The notes under the pieces are model-generated. The model was not told where the DNA came from. It made no database searches and saw only the letters and a program-made list of their open reading frames with translations. This document shows, piece by piece, positions 20,345 to 31,102 of a stretch of DNA of 64,000 nucleotides (position 1 is its first letter; each line of letters opens with the position of its first letter). The translations under genes and the position numbers were made by a program. Source of the stretch: Patescibacteria group bacterium (GTDB lineage: Bacteria; Patescibacteriota; Minisyncoccia; Phycocordibacterales; UBA9973); assembly GCA_028865035.1 (NCBI GenBank), contig JAGWLB010000003.1, positions 2,247 to 66,246 of the forward strand, given 5' to 3'.

Positions 20345-21613
20345 TTATTTTTGAAGTAATATCATAAGATCAGATACATTACTCCCAGTCTCGCCTGTGA
20401 TAATCTGATCCCCGGTTTTAGAAAAAAAGTCGTCTATAGTATTTTTCTCAAGAGTTTCTTTAATAGAAAGATTTTTTTTATTTGCTTTTTCAATTGTAAA
20501 TTTATCTGCAATTGCGCCAGCAGAAATTGAAAGATTATCTATACCATCTGATGCAAATGATGATAAAATATTTTCTGGACCTATCATATCGAGAGAAAGC
20601 ATTGTTAAGTATTCACAACGACCATTTATACCTCTCTCACCTTTTACTATAACTGATGGTTCACCAGCTCCAATAACAACTGTATGTGGTTTAGCGTTTG
20701 TTAGTAATTTATTGATGATAATTTTTGGTTCTTCGTATAATTTAGCGCCAATATTTACTACATTATAACCAAGTTCCTCTGCTTTCTTTTTCATACCTGT
20801 TAAAGCATAACTATTGGTAACGAGTGGAATGTTAAATACTTTTTCAAAATATATATCCTCTTTAGGGGTTTCATTTAAAATAAAATTATATTTTAAATTA
20901 TATTTTAATAGTATAGATTGGGCGTCTTGTACTAGTGATGTGTCTTTATATGTTGGGCCAGAGGCAACTTCTTCATATTTATCACCAGGAACATCGCAAA
21001 ATATAAGAGATGCAACAGTTGCAGGATATAAAAGTTTAGCCAACCCACCACCCTTTAATAAAGATAAATGCTTACGTAATGTATTTAATTCTGTAATATC
21101 CCCTCCTGATTTTAAAAATTCATCATAAAGAATTATCCCTTGTTCGCATTCTAATTTTGGCCAACATAGCATAGATGAACCCCCACCAGATACTACAACA
21201 ATTGCTAAGTCTTTTTCATCTAATTTTTCTGCAAGTTGAGCTAACTCTTCAGATGGAAGAATATTCTCTACTGAAGGTTTTGGATGAGTGCAGATATATT
21301 GTTTTACATATTTGCATTCTCCAAGCTTTTTTTCCATTACAATACCACCCGCAATTTTATCGCCTAGAATCCCTTCAATCGCATTTACAGCAACAGATGA
21401 AGTCTTACCAAAACCTATTATATAAATATGATCATAATCATTTAGATTAAATGTATTATTTTCAATTGTTAGTAGATTGTTATTAAGTTTAAATTTCTTA
21501 TCTATAATGGCTGCTGTGTCTATAGCTTCATAAGCTGATTCCATTATAGTTAGCATATCAGTACGTTCTTTTGTTATAGCCAATTCATCAAAATTTTTGA
21601 TATATCTTTTCAT
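20345..21613 (-). CDS. glycerate 2-kinase, MOFRL/DUF4147 family
   Basis: GFGK, HPKP, VSGGGSS, NTLRKHLSLLKGGGLA, DVPGD, ASGPT, SDGID, TGSNVSD. Confidence 0.88.
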   Translation of the reverse strand: MKRYIKNFDELAITKERTDMLTIMESAYEAIDTAAIIDKKFKLNNNLLTIENNTFNLNDYDHIYIIGFGKTSSVAVNAIEGILGDKIAGGIVMEKKLGECKYVKQYICTHPKPSVENILPSEELAQLAEKLDEKDLAIVVVSGGGSSMLCWPKLECEQGIILYDEFLKSGGDITELNTLRKHLSLLKGGGLAKLLYPATVASLIFCDVPGDKYEEVASGPTYKDTSLVQDAQSILLKYNLKYNFILNETPKEDIYFEKVFNIPLVTNSYALTGMKKKAEELGYNVVNIGAKLYEEPKIIINKLLTNAKPHTVVIGAGEPSVIVKGERGINGRCEYLTMLSLDMIGPENILSSFASDGIDNLSISAGAIADKFTIEKANKKNLSIKETLEKNTIDDFFSKTGDQIITGETGSNVSDLMILLQK

Positions 21614-21659
21614 TTATGGTTATATTATATACCTTTAATCTTGATTTTTCAATAAATAA

Positions 21660-23339
21660 TTATTTATTTATAAATAATTTTGCTAATCGAATATCTTCAA
21701 AAGAAAGTTTGTATCCCTGTTTTTCAAGGATTAATTTAATTGGAGATAACTTACCAATCTCATCATTTTTCAAGGTACGGTTCGCTTTATTTACAATAAT
21801 AATATCTTGTTGTTTAGGTTTAATATGATTAATCTTTGTTTTTGGAAATTTATCTACAATTTGTTCAATATGATAAACTATAGTACTTTTAGTTAAACCC
21901 CTTTCTTTCGCTATCTTGTTAATACTCATACCTTGATTCAATAAATTCATTGTAGTAATTATTGTTGGAATTTTATCTGATGTCTTTGTTTTATTATTAT
22001 TTTTATTAATTACTCCGCCCATACGTACGATAAAAGAATGTTCTAATTTTTCTTGTTCACTTTTACTTAATTTACCAAAGTAGACAAGTTCATTCTGTGT
22101 ACTTTCATTACGAAGTTCTTTGTCGAATTGAAGTACCTTAGGATCTACTCGTAAGGCATCTGGATTAAATCCTACTAATTTTATTCCAGTCATAGTTTTT
22201 ACTCTTGAAAGTGCTACATAACCCATACCATACGCAAATGTATGAGTAAGGTCTATCTCTGCGTTATCAAGTGACATACCCTGACTTTTGTGTATTGTAA
22301 TAGCCCAAGCTAGACGTATAGGAAGCTGACTAATAGAAGCTTTATTTTTACCATTTTCTTCTATTGCCCAAGTTTCTTTGTGGGCGTATATTGTCTTACC
22401 ATTATAGAGCTCTATAATAGGAGTATTATCGGACGGCAGAAAATCTATAACTTTACCTCTAGTACCGTTAACATATCCTTCTTCAAAATTATTTTTTATA
22501 CACATTATTTCAGCTCCAACTTTAAGATGTAATTTCTCACTAGCAAGACAACTTTTTCTTAATATTTCAACTAATGGCTCGGGCCCAGTTGATGACATAT
22601 AAAATACCTTCTCATCAGTTTTTAAATTCGAAAGTTCAGTATTGTTTTCTATATCAACATTCGTATTATGGGTATATAATTTTGTTGGAATAATGTTATT
22701 CGGCAGCTCTGCATTTAATCGATTTTTTAATTGTTCATAATGCAACTCTTCCACTGTGTCACTGCGTATTGCATTTAAAATCGATGTCAGTTCTTCGTCT
22801 ACTTGTCTATGTTGTTCTGTAAGATAACAAATGGCCGGATTCATTATACGCCAAGCTTCACTATATAAGACCATATCTTTCAAATTTGTTTCATTTGAAC
22901 GATTTATAGGAGGTAATTGAAAAAAATCCCCAGAGATAATTATTTGCAAACCCCCAAAAGGTTTATCGCTTCTCTTGAACCTGCGACATACTCGTTCTAT
23001 TATATCTAGTCTATGTGCGTGAAGCATCGATACTTCATCGATAATAAGCACCCTAGCTTTCTCAAAACGTTTCCATAAATATTGTTTACCTTCTAATACC
23101 TCTAGATCATACTCATCTATTTTATCTTTTATACCAATTCCAGCCCAACCATGTATCGTCATGCCATTCATATGAGTAGCAGCTATGCCTGTTGAAGCTG
23201 TAATAGCCACAGGTATATCGTGGTTTTTGAGATATGATATGTATTCATTTAGAAGATAAGTTTTACCACTTCCAGCACTACCAGTAAGGTATACATTTAC
23301 TCCTGTTTTCATAATAGCAAGTGCTTGTTTTTGAGTCAT
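21660..23339 (-). CDS. Pif1-family SF1B helicase with C-terminal helix-turn-helix
   Basis: GSAGSGKT, TASTGIAA, DEVSM, GDFFQLPP, AWAITIHKSQG, YVALSR; C-terminal IAKERGL...TI..H. Confidence 0.9.
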   Translation of the reverse strand: MTQKQALAIMKTGVNVYLTGSAGSGKTYLLNEYISYLKNHDIPVAITASTGIAATHMNGMTIHGWAGIGIKDKIDEYDLEVLEGKQYLWKRFEKARVLIIDEVSMLHAHRLDIIERVCRRFKRSDKPFGGLQIIISGDFFQLPPINRSNETNLKDMVLYSEAWRIMNPAICYLTEQHRQVDEELTSILNAIRSDTVEELHYEQLKNRLNAELPNNIIPTKLYTHNTNVDIENNTELSNLKTDEKVFYMSSTGPEPLVEILRKSCLASEKLHLKVGAEIMCIKNNFEEGYVNGTRGKVIDFLPSDNTPIIELYNGKTIYAHKETWAIEENGKNKASISQLPIRLAWAITIHKSQGMSLDNAEIDLTHTFAYGMGYVALSRVKTMTGIKLVGFNPDALRVDPKVLQFDKELRNESTQNELVYFGKLSKSEQEKLEHSFIVRMGGVINKNNNKTKTSDKIPTIITTMNLLNQGMSINKIAKERGLTKSTIVYHIEQIVDKFPKTKINHIKPKQQDIIIVNKANRTLKNDEIGKLSPIKLILEKQGYKLSFEDIRLAKLFINK

Positions 23340-23361
23340 ATATATACTTACTATTATAACA

Positions 23362-23928
23362 TTAGTATTTTCTAATGACGGCCTTTACAACCGCAGTAAT
23401 AGTTAAATAATTTGTTGGATATATTGGTTTAAAATCTTTGTTGGCTGGTTCAAGCCAAACTTTATCTCCAGATTTTTTAAAATATTTCATTGTAAATTCA
23501 CCGTCGACATTTGCTATAACTATCTGTCCGTCTTTTGCTTTATCTGTCTTCTCAACAAGAACCATATCACCATCAGCTATATGAGCATCGATCATTGAAT
23601 CTCCATCAACTTCAAGCATAAAAGTGTTATCTTTTTTGGTTACAAGATAATCATCAAGATTTACTGTATCGTTTAACTCCTCTGTGACATCTGAGGGAAA
23701 TCCTGCTTTTACTAAACCAAGTAATGGAATACTGTCAAAAGATTCATTTGGGATAATTCTTCCTAGATAATCTTTGGTAACCAAACCATTGTCTATAAAT
23801 TTATCAACAAGACGTGCCACAGCATTTTTGGATTTAAATCCGAAAATTTTCATCATTTCCGTGTAAGTCGGCATACGCTTATGTAGTTGGTGGAATGAAG
23901 TTAATTTATTTTTGTATTCGTTATACAT
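23362..23928 (-). CDS. lexA: LexA-family repressor (winged HTH + S24)
   Basis: MPTYTEM HTH, AG cleavage site (VKAGFPS), catalytic Ser (GDSM) and Lys (FTMK). Confidence 0.88.
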   Translation of the reverse strand: MYNEYKNKLTSFHQLHKRMPTYTEMMKIFGFKSKNAVARLVDKFIDNGLVTKDYLGRIIPNESFDSIPLLGLVKAGFPSDVTEELNDTVNLDDYLVTKKDNTFMLEVDGDSMIDAHIADGDMVLVEKTDKAKDGQIVIANVDGEFTMKYFKKSGDKVWLEPANKDFKPIYPTNYLTITAVVKAVIRKY

Positions 23929-23934
23929 ATGAGT

Positions 23935-24129
23935 TTAAAATTGCGGTAATACGGTAATGAATCTATTTAAGAAATTCTTACGAGAATGTTGGCGCATTTT
24001 TTTCTGGAGTATCTTGTGATTCATTGCTTCTTTCTTGTATTCTACACCTTGTAGAATTTTCATATCTATAACTTTATTTATAGAATGTAACTCTTTTTCA
24101 ATTATTTTAATATATTGTTCTCTGTTCAT
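23935..24129 (-). CDS. hypothetical 64-aa basic protein, first gene of lexA operon
   Basis: ORF lies between the promoter and lexA with a 6-nt gap. Confidence 0.65.
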   Translation of the reverse strand: MNREQYIKIIEKELHSINKVIDMKILQGVEYKKEAMNHKILQKKMRQHSRKNFLNRFITVLPQF

Positions 24130-24171
24130 ATATATAATATTGATTATTTGCTTATAATCGACTGCATATAT

Positions 24172-24200
24172 AGTATATGTGAACGCTCGTTCACAGTCAA
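24172..24200 (-). promoter_or_regulatory. sigma70 promoter with LexA (SOS) box in the spacer
   Basis: TTGACT-GTGAACGAGCGTTCACA-TATACT; palindrome TGTGAAC-gctc-GTTCACA at 24178-24195. Confidence 0.8.
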
Positions 24201-24322
24201 TACTTTAACTGTGGATAACTACAAAATAAATATTTATAAATAATAAAATTAATAATTTTTAATAATTTAAATCCTTTACGAAAAATTTACATTGGGTATT
24301 CTATTATAGTACAATAAAAGCA

Positions 24323-25027
24323 ATGAGAAAATTTTTACTTTCAGTTTTTGTTATATCTGTATTTGGTATATATGCACTATTTGCTAAGTCGGGGAATCCC
24401 TCGACTGTTGTTTTTAATACACAAACTAATTCAAATACGAATAATCAACTAAATAATAATGATTCAAATACTTTACCTATAACGACTCCCCCTTCAACTG
24501 CGCCTACAGTAACCGAGGCCCCAGTTGTAAAAAAAGTCAAGAAAACAACTTGTTCCTGGAAATATTATGGAGGTGATGATGAAGAAAACAGCAGATACGT
24601 ATGTACAACAACATTAGTAGATACTACTCCCACCTCATCAAAAACAACTACAACTACACCTAAACCAACATCAACTCCAACCACTCCTAAAACTGTAGCT
24701 GTTGCTACGCCTCCTCCTGTAGTAAAACCTAAATCAACAAGTGGCTGGAATGATGGTACTTTTACTGGTAATAGTATTGATGCTTACTATGGGTATGTAC
24801 AAGTATCAGCAACTATTTCTGGTGGTCGTCTTACAAATATAAATTTCTTGGATTACCCTCAAGATCGTAGCACATCACTGATGAAAAGCCAGATGGCTAT
24901 GACGATATTAAAATCAGAAGCAATTAATGCTCAAAGTTCTAATGTTGATTATGTATCAGGTGCAACTTATACTAGCGATGCTTTTAATCAATCATTATCA
25001 TCTGCTTTAAGTAAAGCTAGAGTTTAA
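24323..25027 (+). CDS. exported FMN-binding (flavinylated) protein
   Basis: signal anchor, Thr/Pro-rich linker, DGTFTG...YG.VQV and VDYVSGATYTS flavinylation motif. Confidence 0.88.
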   Translation: MRKFLLSVFVISVFGIYALFAKSGNPSTVVFNTQTNSNTNNQLNNNDSNTLPITTPPSTAPTVTEAPVVKKVKKTTCSWKYYGGDDEENSRYVCTTTLVDTTPTSSKTTTTTPKPTSTPTTPKTVAVATPPPVVKPKSTSGWNDGTFTGNSIDAYYGYVQVSATISGGRLTNINFLDYPQDRSTSLMKSQMAMTILKSEAINAQSSNVDYVSGATYTSDAFNQSLSSALSKARV

Positions 25028-25031
25028 AGTT

Positions 25032-25778
25032 ATGAAAGACACAAGATTAATAATGGGTATGCCCATAACAGTTGAGATAGTTGATTTACATGTTGAAAAC
25101 CAAGTTCTAGAATCTGTATTTAACTATTTTACTTATATTGATGAAAAGTTTAGTACGTATAAAGAGACAAGTGAAATTATGAAGATAAATCGTGGTGAAA
25201 TAAATGAAAATGATTATAGTGAAGATATGAAAGAAATTTTTCAATTAGCTGAAAAAACAAAAATAGAAACTAATAATTTTTTTAATATAAAAAAGCCAGA
25301 TGGATCTTACGACCCTTCTGGTATTGTTAAAGGTTGGGCTATTCAAAAAGCAAGTGATAATCTGAAAAATAATGGTTATAATAATTTTTGTTTAGATGCC
25401 GGTGGTGATATACAAACTAGTGGTAAGAACAGTAAAGGTGAACCATGGACAATTGGTATTCGTAACCCATTAAATACAAATGAAATTATAAAAATAATAA
25501 ATAATAAAAACAACAAAGGAATTGCGACTTCAGGTACATATATAAGAGGAAATCATATATATAATCCGAATAATAAAGATGATATACTTTCAGAAGTTTT
25601 AAGCTTAACTGTTATTGGTCCAAATATTTACGAGGCTGATCGTTTTGCTACTGCAGCATTTGCTATGGGTAAAGATGGTATATATTTCATAGACAAGCTA
25701 GTCGGATTTGAAGGTTATATGATTGATACTAAAGGTATCGCAACTATGACTAGAGGTTTTGAGGAATACACGCAATGA
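25032..25778 (+). CDS. apbE: FAD:protein FMN transferase (ApbE)
   Basis: MGMPITV, DPSGIVKGWA, AGGDI, WTIGIRNP, IATSG, HIYNP, ADRFATA. Confidence 0.9.
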   Translation: MKDTRLIMGMPITVEIVDLHVENQVLESVFNYFTYIDEKFSTYKETSEIMKINRGEINENDYSEDMKEIFQLAEKTKIETNNFFNIKKPDGSYDPSGIVKGWAIQKASDNLKNNGYNNFCLDAGGDIQTSGKNSKGEPWTIGIRNPLNTNEIIKIINNKNNKGIATSGTYIRGNHIYNPNNKDDILSEVLSLTVIGPNIYEADRFATAAFAMGKDGIYFIDKLVGFEGYMIDTKGIATMTRGFEEYTQ

Positions 25779-25789
25779 ATTAAATATAT

Positions 25790-27322
25790 ATGTTAAATAT
25801 AATAGACAATTTTCTAAACAAAATAACAATGTATCGTCTGGTACTGTACTTTTTGATTTTCTTATTATTACTTGCCACTGGATTTAGCGCTATGGGAATG
25901 CTTCCCTTTAGTCCATTAATGCTCCTATTTGGAACTGCACTTTTGCTAATTATCGGCTGGGCTGTAAATTTTATTTTCTCAGAAGTATTTAATGCGCCTA
26001 CAAACGTAGAATCATTTTATATAACAGCATTGATTCTTGCTCTTATTATTACACCACCACAATCTTTTTCAGATGTTTCTTACTTGATGTTTATATTCTG
26101 GGCAGCACTTTGGGCAATGGCTTCAAAATACATACTAGCAATAGGTAAAAAGCATATATTCAATCCAGCGGCTTTCGCGGTGGCACTAACAGCTTTGACT
26201 CTTGGTCAATCAGCAAGTTGGTGGGTAGGTACGGGTTCAATGTTACCATTTGTATTTGTTGGTGGATTTCTTATTACTCGTAAAATTAGACGTACAGATC
26301 TAGTTCTTTCTTTTATATTTATTTCACTCCTTGTAAGTATTTTTATGCATGCTCATAGTTTTGGAGATATATTTAAATTTGGTAGTCGTGCTATAAAAGA
26401 CTCTCCACTATTTTTCTTTGCTTTTGTAATGCTTACTGAACCACTTACAACTCCACCTACGAAATATCTGAGAATTGGTTATGGAGCATTAGTTGGAGCA
26501 ATTTTTGACCCAATGGTTCATTTAGGTTCAATGTATTCAACACCAGAGCTTGCTTTAATTGTAGGAAATGTATTTTCTTATTTAGTTAGTCCTAAATTAA
26601 AATTAATGTTGCGTTTTAAATCAAAAACACAAATTGCTAAAGATACATATGATTTTTCTTTTGCATCGAGTAAAGATGAAATACCATTTAGGCCTGGCCA
26701 ATATTTCGAATGGACATTACCTCACGAACATCCTGATAGTCGTGGTAATAGAAGGTACTTCACCATAGCCTCTTCTCCCATATCTGAAGAAGTACATATT
26801 GGTGTTAAATTTTACCCTAAATCTAGTAGTTTCAAAAATGCTCTTTTAAAAATGGAAAGAGGTGATAAAATTGTTGCTTCACAACTTGCTGGTGATTTTA
26901 TAATGCCTAGAAATAAACGTATAAAACTTTGCTTTATAGCCGGAGGCATAGGAGTAACTCCTTTTGAAAGTATGATTAATTATATGCTAAAGCGAGGACA
27001 AAAAAGAAATGTTGTAATGTTTTACTCAAATAGAACAGTAGATGATATCGCTTATATGGAAACATTCGAAAAAGCTAGAACAGAACTAGGTATAAAAACG
27101 ATCTATGCTTTATCAGAATTAGATTCAATACCTTCAGATTGGAAAGGTGCACGAGGGTTCATTACTGCGGAAATGATCGCAAAAGAAGTTCCTGATTTTG
27201 AAGATCGCATTTTTTATATATCAGGACCACATTCTATGGTTAGCGCATTTAATGAATCATTGTCTAGAATGGGAGTAAACCAATCTCAGATTATAACTGA
27301 TTTCTTTCCTGGTTTTGCTTAA
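25790..27322 (+). CDS. RnfD/NqrB-like membrane domain fused to FNR-type NAD(P)H oxidoreductase
   Basis: KHIFNPAA and MLTEPLTTP in the membrane half; PGQY, RYFTIASSP, AGGIGVTPF, YISGP in the C-terminal half. Confidence 0.85.
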   Translation: MLNIIDNFLNKITMYRLVLYFLIFLLLLATGFSAMGMLPFSPLMLLFGTALLLIIGWAVNFIFSEVFNAPTNVESFYITALILALIITPPQSFSDVSYLMFIFWAALWAMASKYILAIGKKHIFNPAAFAVALTALTLGQSASWWVGTGSMLPFVFVGGFLITRKIRRTDLVLSFIFISLLVSIFMHAHSFGDIFKFGSRAIKDSPLFFFAFVMLTEPLTTPPTKYLRIGYGALVGAIFDPMVHLGSMYSTPELALIVGNVFSYLVSPKLKLMLRFKSKTQIAKDTYDFSFASSKDEIPFRPGQYFEWTLPHEHPDSRGNRRYFTIASSPISEEVHIGVKFYPKSSSFKNALLKMERGDKIVASQLAGDFIMPRNKRIKLCFIAGGIGVTPFESMINYMLKRGQKRNVVMFYSNRTVDDIAYMETFEKARTELGIKTIYALSELDSIPSDWKGARGFITAEMIAKEVPDFEDRIFYISGPHSMVSAFNESLSRMGVNQSQIITDFFPGFA

Positions 27323-27327
27323 AATAT

Positions 27328-28281
27328 TTAAGCAGTAAGTCTCTTTTTTACTTTTTTATTAAATTTATACCACTTCCATTTTATAACACACCAAGTATTA
27401 CAGTATGCTTCGCCATATGGAGGGTGCTTTATTGAATCTGTTTTGAGGCAATTTTCACAACAAATAAAATGGTCATGACACATAAGGTTGGCACAGTTCA
27501 CATAGTGCTCACTCGGAGTGCCACACTTTGTGCAGTGGCCAATTATCTCATGTTTATTGGGATCATCGAAATTCATAACAATACGTTTATCGAAAACATA
27601 AAGAGAACCCTTAAAATTCTCTCCTGGGTATTTTTCCATATAACTGACTATTCCTCCATCGAGCTGATAGACATCTTTAAATCCTTCCCTCTTTAATAAG
27701 CCAGAAGCTTTCTCGCAACGTACTCCACCAGTACAGACTGTGACTACGGTCTTGTCTTTCAAGTCTTCTATTTTTTTAATATTTTTTTTGAGGTCACGAA
27801 AATTATTTAAATCTGGAAAAGCTGTTCCTTCAAATTTACCAACACGAAGTTCGTAATCATTGCGCATATCTACAACATGAAATTCTTTGCCTTCCTCATA
27901 CCATTTCTTTAGCATTTCTGGTTTTAAATGCGTACCAGTAATTTGATTTGGGTCTATATCTTCTTCTTCGCCTAAATGCAGAGATACTATTTCTTTTCGA
28001 ACTTTTACAGAAAGACGTGGAAAAGCGGTACCGTCTGATGTACCTTCACTTATTTTCCAATGAGTATCTGCAAACCTAGAATCAGCTTTCATTATATCCA
28101 TATACTCACGGCAAGCTTCATCTGTACCCTCATATGTGCCATTTATACCCTCTTTTGCTATGATCATACGGCCTTTCATACCAAGGTGCTTGCATAGGTC
28201 AAATTGAGCATCCCTGAGCCCTTTGGGGTCATCTATATGGACATATTTATAGAAAAGGATAATAGTGTGTTTGTTTACCAT
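27328..28281 (-). CDS. trhO: tRNA uridine-34 hydroxylase / UPF0176 rhodanese
   Basis: LFYKY, EGINGT, DMRNDYE, CTGGVRCEK, QLDGGI, YVFDKR, Cys-rich tail. Confidence 0.9.
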   Translation of the reverse strand: MVNKHTIILFYKYVHIDDPKGLRDAQFDLCKHLGMKGRMIIAKEGINGTYEGTDEACREYMDIMKADSRFADTHWKISEGTSDGTAFPRLSVKVRKEIVSLHLGEEEDIDPNQITGTHLKPEMLKKWYEEGKEFHVVDMRNDYELRVGKFEGTAFPDLNNFRDLKKNIKKIEDLKDKTVVTVCTGGVRCEKASGLLKREGFKDVYQLDGGIVSYMEKYPGENFKGSLYVFDKRIVMNFDDPNKHEIIGHCTKCGTPSEHYVNCANLMCHDHFICCENCLKTDSIKHPPYGEAYCNTWCVIKWKWYKFNKKVKKRLTA

Positions 28282-28299
28282 ATTCTTTTAATATAACAA

Positions 28300-28743
28300 T
28301 TATTTCCTATATTTACGAGTGCGCCATTTGTCGGCTATCTTTACACGGGTTAGTGAACGTTCAAGTTCTGATTCAAAATGTTCAAAATCAACAATCTCTT
28401 TATTTTCAGCTTGCTTGCTGAGTTCTTCTGCCTTCTGCTTCGCCTTAGCTATCATTTCGTCTGTAATATCTGCAACGTGTTCCGCAAAGTCAGCAAGTAT
28501 AGCGCAAGTGGTCACATCACCATCTTTTTTTACTTCAATAAATCCACCGACGACAGCCATCGGTATGTGTTCACCAGAAGAGATAGCAACAACATCACCA
28601 GATGATAGTTCTGCTATAAGTGGGACATGGTCAGCCAAAACTGATATTTCCCCATTAGCCGTTGGGATAGTCACAGCGTCCACCATCTCATCTAAAATGA
28701 GTTTCTCGGGAGTTATTATTTTTAATTGTAATTGTTTTGACAT
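28300..28743 (-). CDS. atpC: ATP synthase F1 epsilon
   Basis: LKIITPE, GEISVLADHVP, GGFIEV; operon position. Confidence 0.93.
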   Translation of the reverse strand: MSKQLQLKIITPEKLILDEMVDAVTIPTANGEISVLADHVPLIAELSSGDVVAISSGEHIPMAVVGGFIEVKKDGDVTTCAILADFAEHVADITDEMIAKAKQKAEELSKQAENKEIVDFEHFESELERSLTRVKIADKWRTRKYRK

Positions 28744-28758
28744 TACTATTTTAAAAAA

Positions 28759-30132
<1,374 letters not shown>

Positions 30133-30157
30133 TTAATTGATAATGTTTTAATATTTT

Positions 30158-31093
30158 CTAACTTACGCTTGCCATACCGGCACTTATTTCTGATATCTCT
30201 TGGGTGATGCCTGCTTGGCGGGCTTTGTTGAAGACTAATGTCAAATCTCCAATCATCTCCCCTGCGGCTTCACTAGCATTCTTCATCGCGACCATTCTAG
30301 AAGATTGTTCAGAAGCACTCGACTCAAGAACCATCTGGTAAATCTGCATTCTTGTCAGCTTTTCGGCGAGTGACCCTACGAGGGTGCTTATATCTCCGTC
30401 AAACACATAAGGTATATCTTTCGTAGAATCTTTATCTGGTAGAATTTCATTTTTATTATCTTTTTCTTCACCGATGCTTTCAATTAAATCTTTTAACTCT
30501 TGTTTTGATATTGGTAAAAGTTTTCTAACATTCGCACTTTGCGTTAGGGCTGATATAAAATCCGTATAAGCTACATAGACATGGTTGTATTTACCAGCTT
30601 TGTATTCATCTACTATTAGTTTTGAAAGAGGAACAATATCTTGCAAGGAAATATTATTGTCTGGAATCTCTGTAAACGACGCGATAATATTCTGTCCGAT
30701 TCTACGCATAGCCCCATCTCCTTTTTTGCCGACAGTAACAATATCTATCTCAGTGTCTGCCTTAGTATTGGATAGGTTTTTTATCATTGCTAGAGCTTTC
30801 TTGGTCACCTGGCTATTATAAGCTCCACAAAGACCACCATTTGAAGTTATTAACACGAGTAGAGTCTTATTATGATTAGTATGTTCTGTAAAGAATGGAT
30901 GATAAATATCATCAAGGCGACTAGAAAGCGAGGTCAAAAGTTCCCAAGAATATCCAGCATATAGACGAGACGAAAGAGCTCGAGACACGGCCTTCTTCAT
31001 CTTCGAAGCTGCCACGAGCTCCATCGCTTTCGTGATCTTCTTCGTGTTCTTCACACTCTTTATTCGTTGTTTTATTTCTTTTGTACCTGCCAT
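30158..31093 (-). CDS. atpG: ATP synthase F1 gamma
   Basis: KITKAMELVAASK, GLCGAYN, RQAGITQEISEI. Confidence 0.98.
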   Translation of the reverse strand: MAGTKEIKQRIKSVKNTKKITKAMELVAASKMKKAVSRALSSRLYAGYSWELLTSLSSRLDDIYHPFFTEHTNHNKTLLVLITSNGGLCGAYNSQVTKKALAMIKNLSNTKADTEIDIVTVGKKGDGAMRRIGQNIIASFTEIPDNNISLQDIVPLSKLIVDEYKAGKYNHVYVAYTDFISALTQSANVRKLLPISKQELKDLIESIGEEKDNKNEILPDKDSTKDIPYVFDGDISTLVGSLAEKLTRMQIYQMVLESSASEQSSRMVAMKNASEAAGEMIGDLTLVFNKARQAGITQEISEISAGMASVS

Positions 31094-31102
31094 AAAAAAT
31101 AT

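Noticed and set aside
24210-24218. Perfect DnaA box (TGTGGATAA) next to an AT-rich tract, possible oriC
   Set aside because: Single box, no cluster, no dnaA/dnaN nearby; the same 9-mer also occurs inside mraY
24241-24291. TAATAA and TTTAC direct repeats upstream of the FMN-bind gene, possible response-regulator site
   Set aside because: Irregular spacing and expected by chance in very AT-rich DNA
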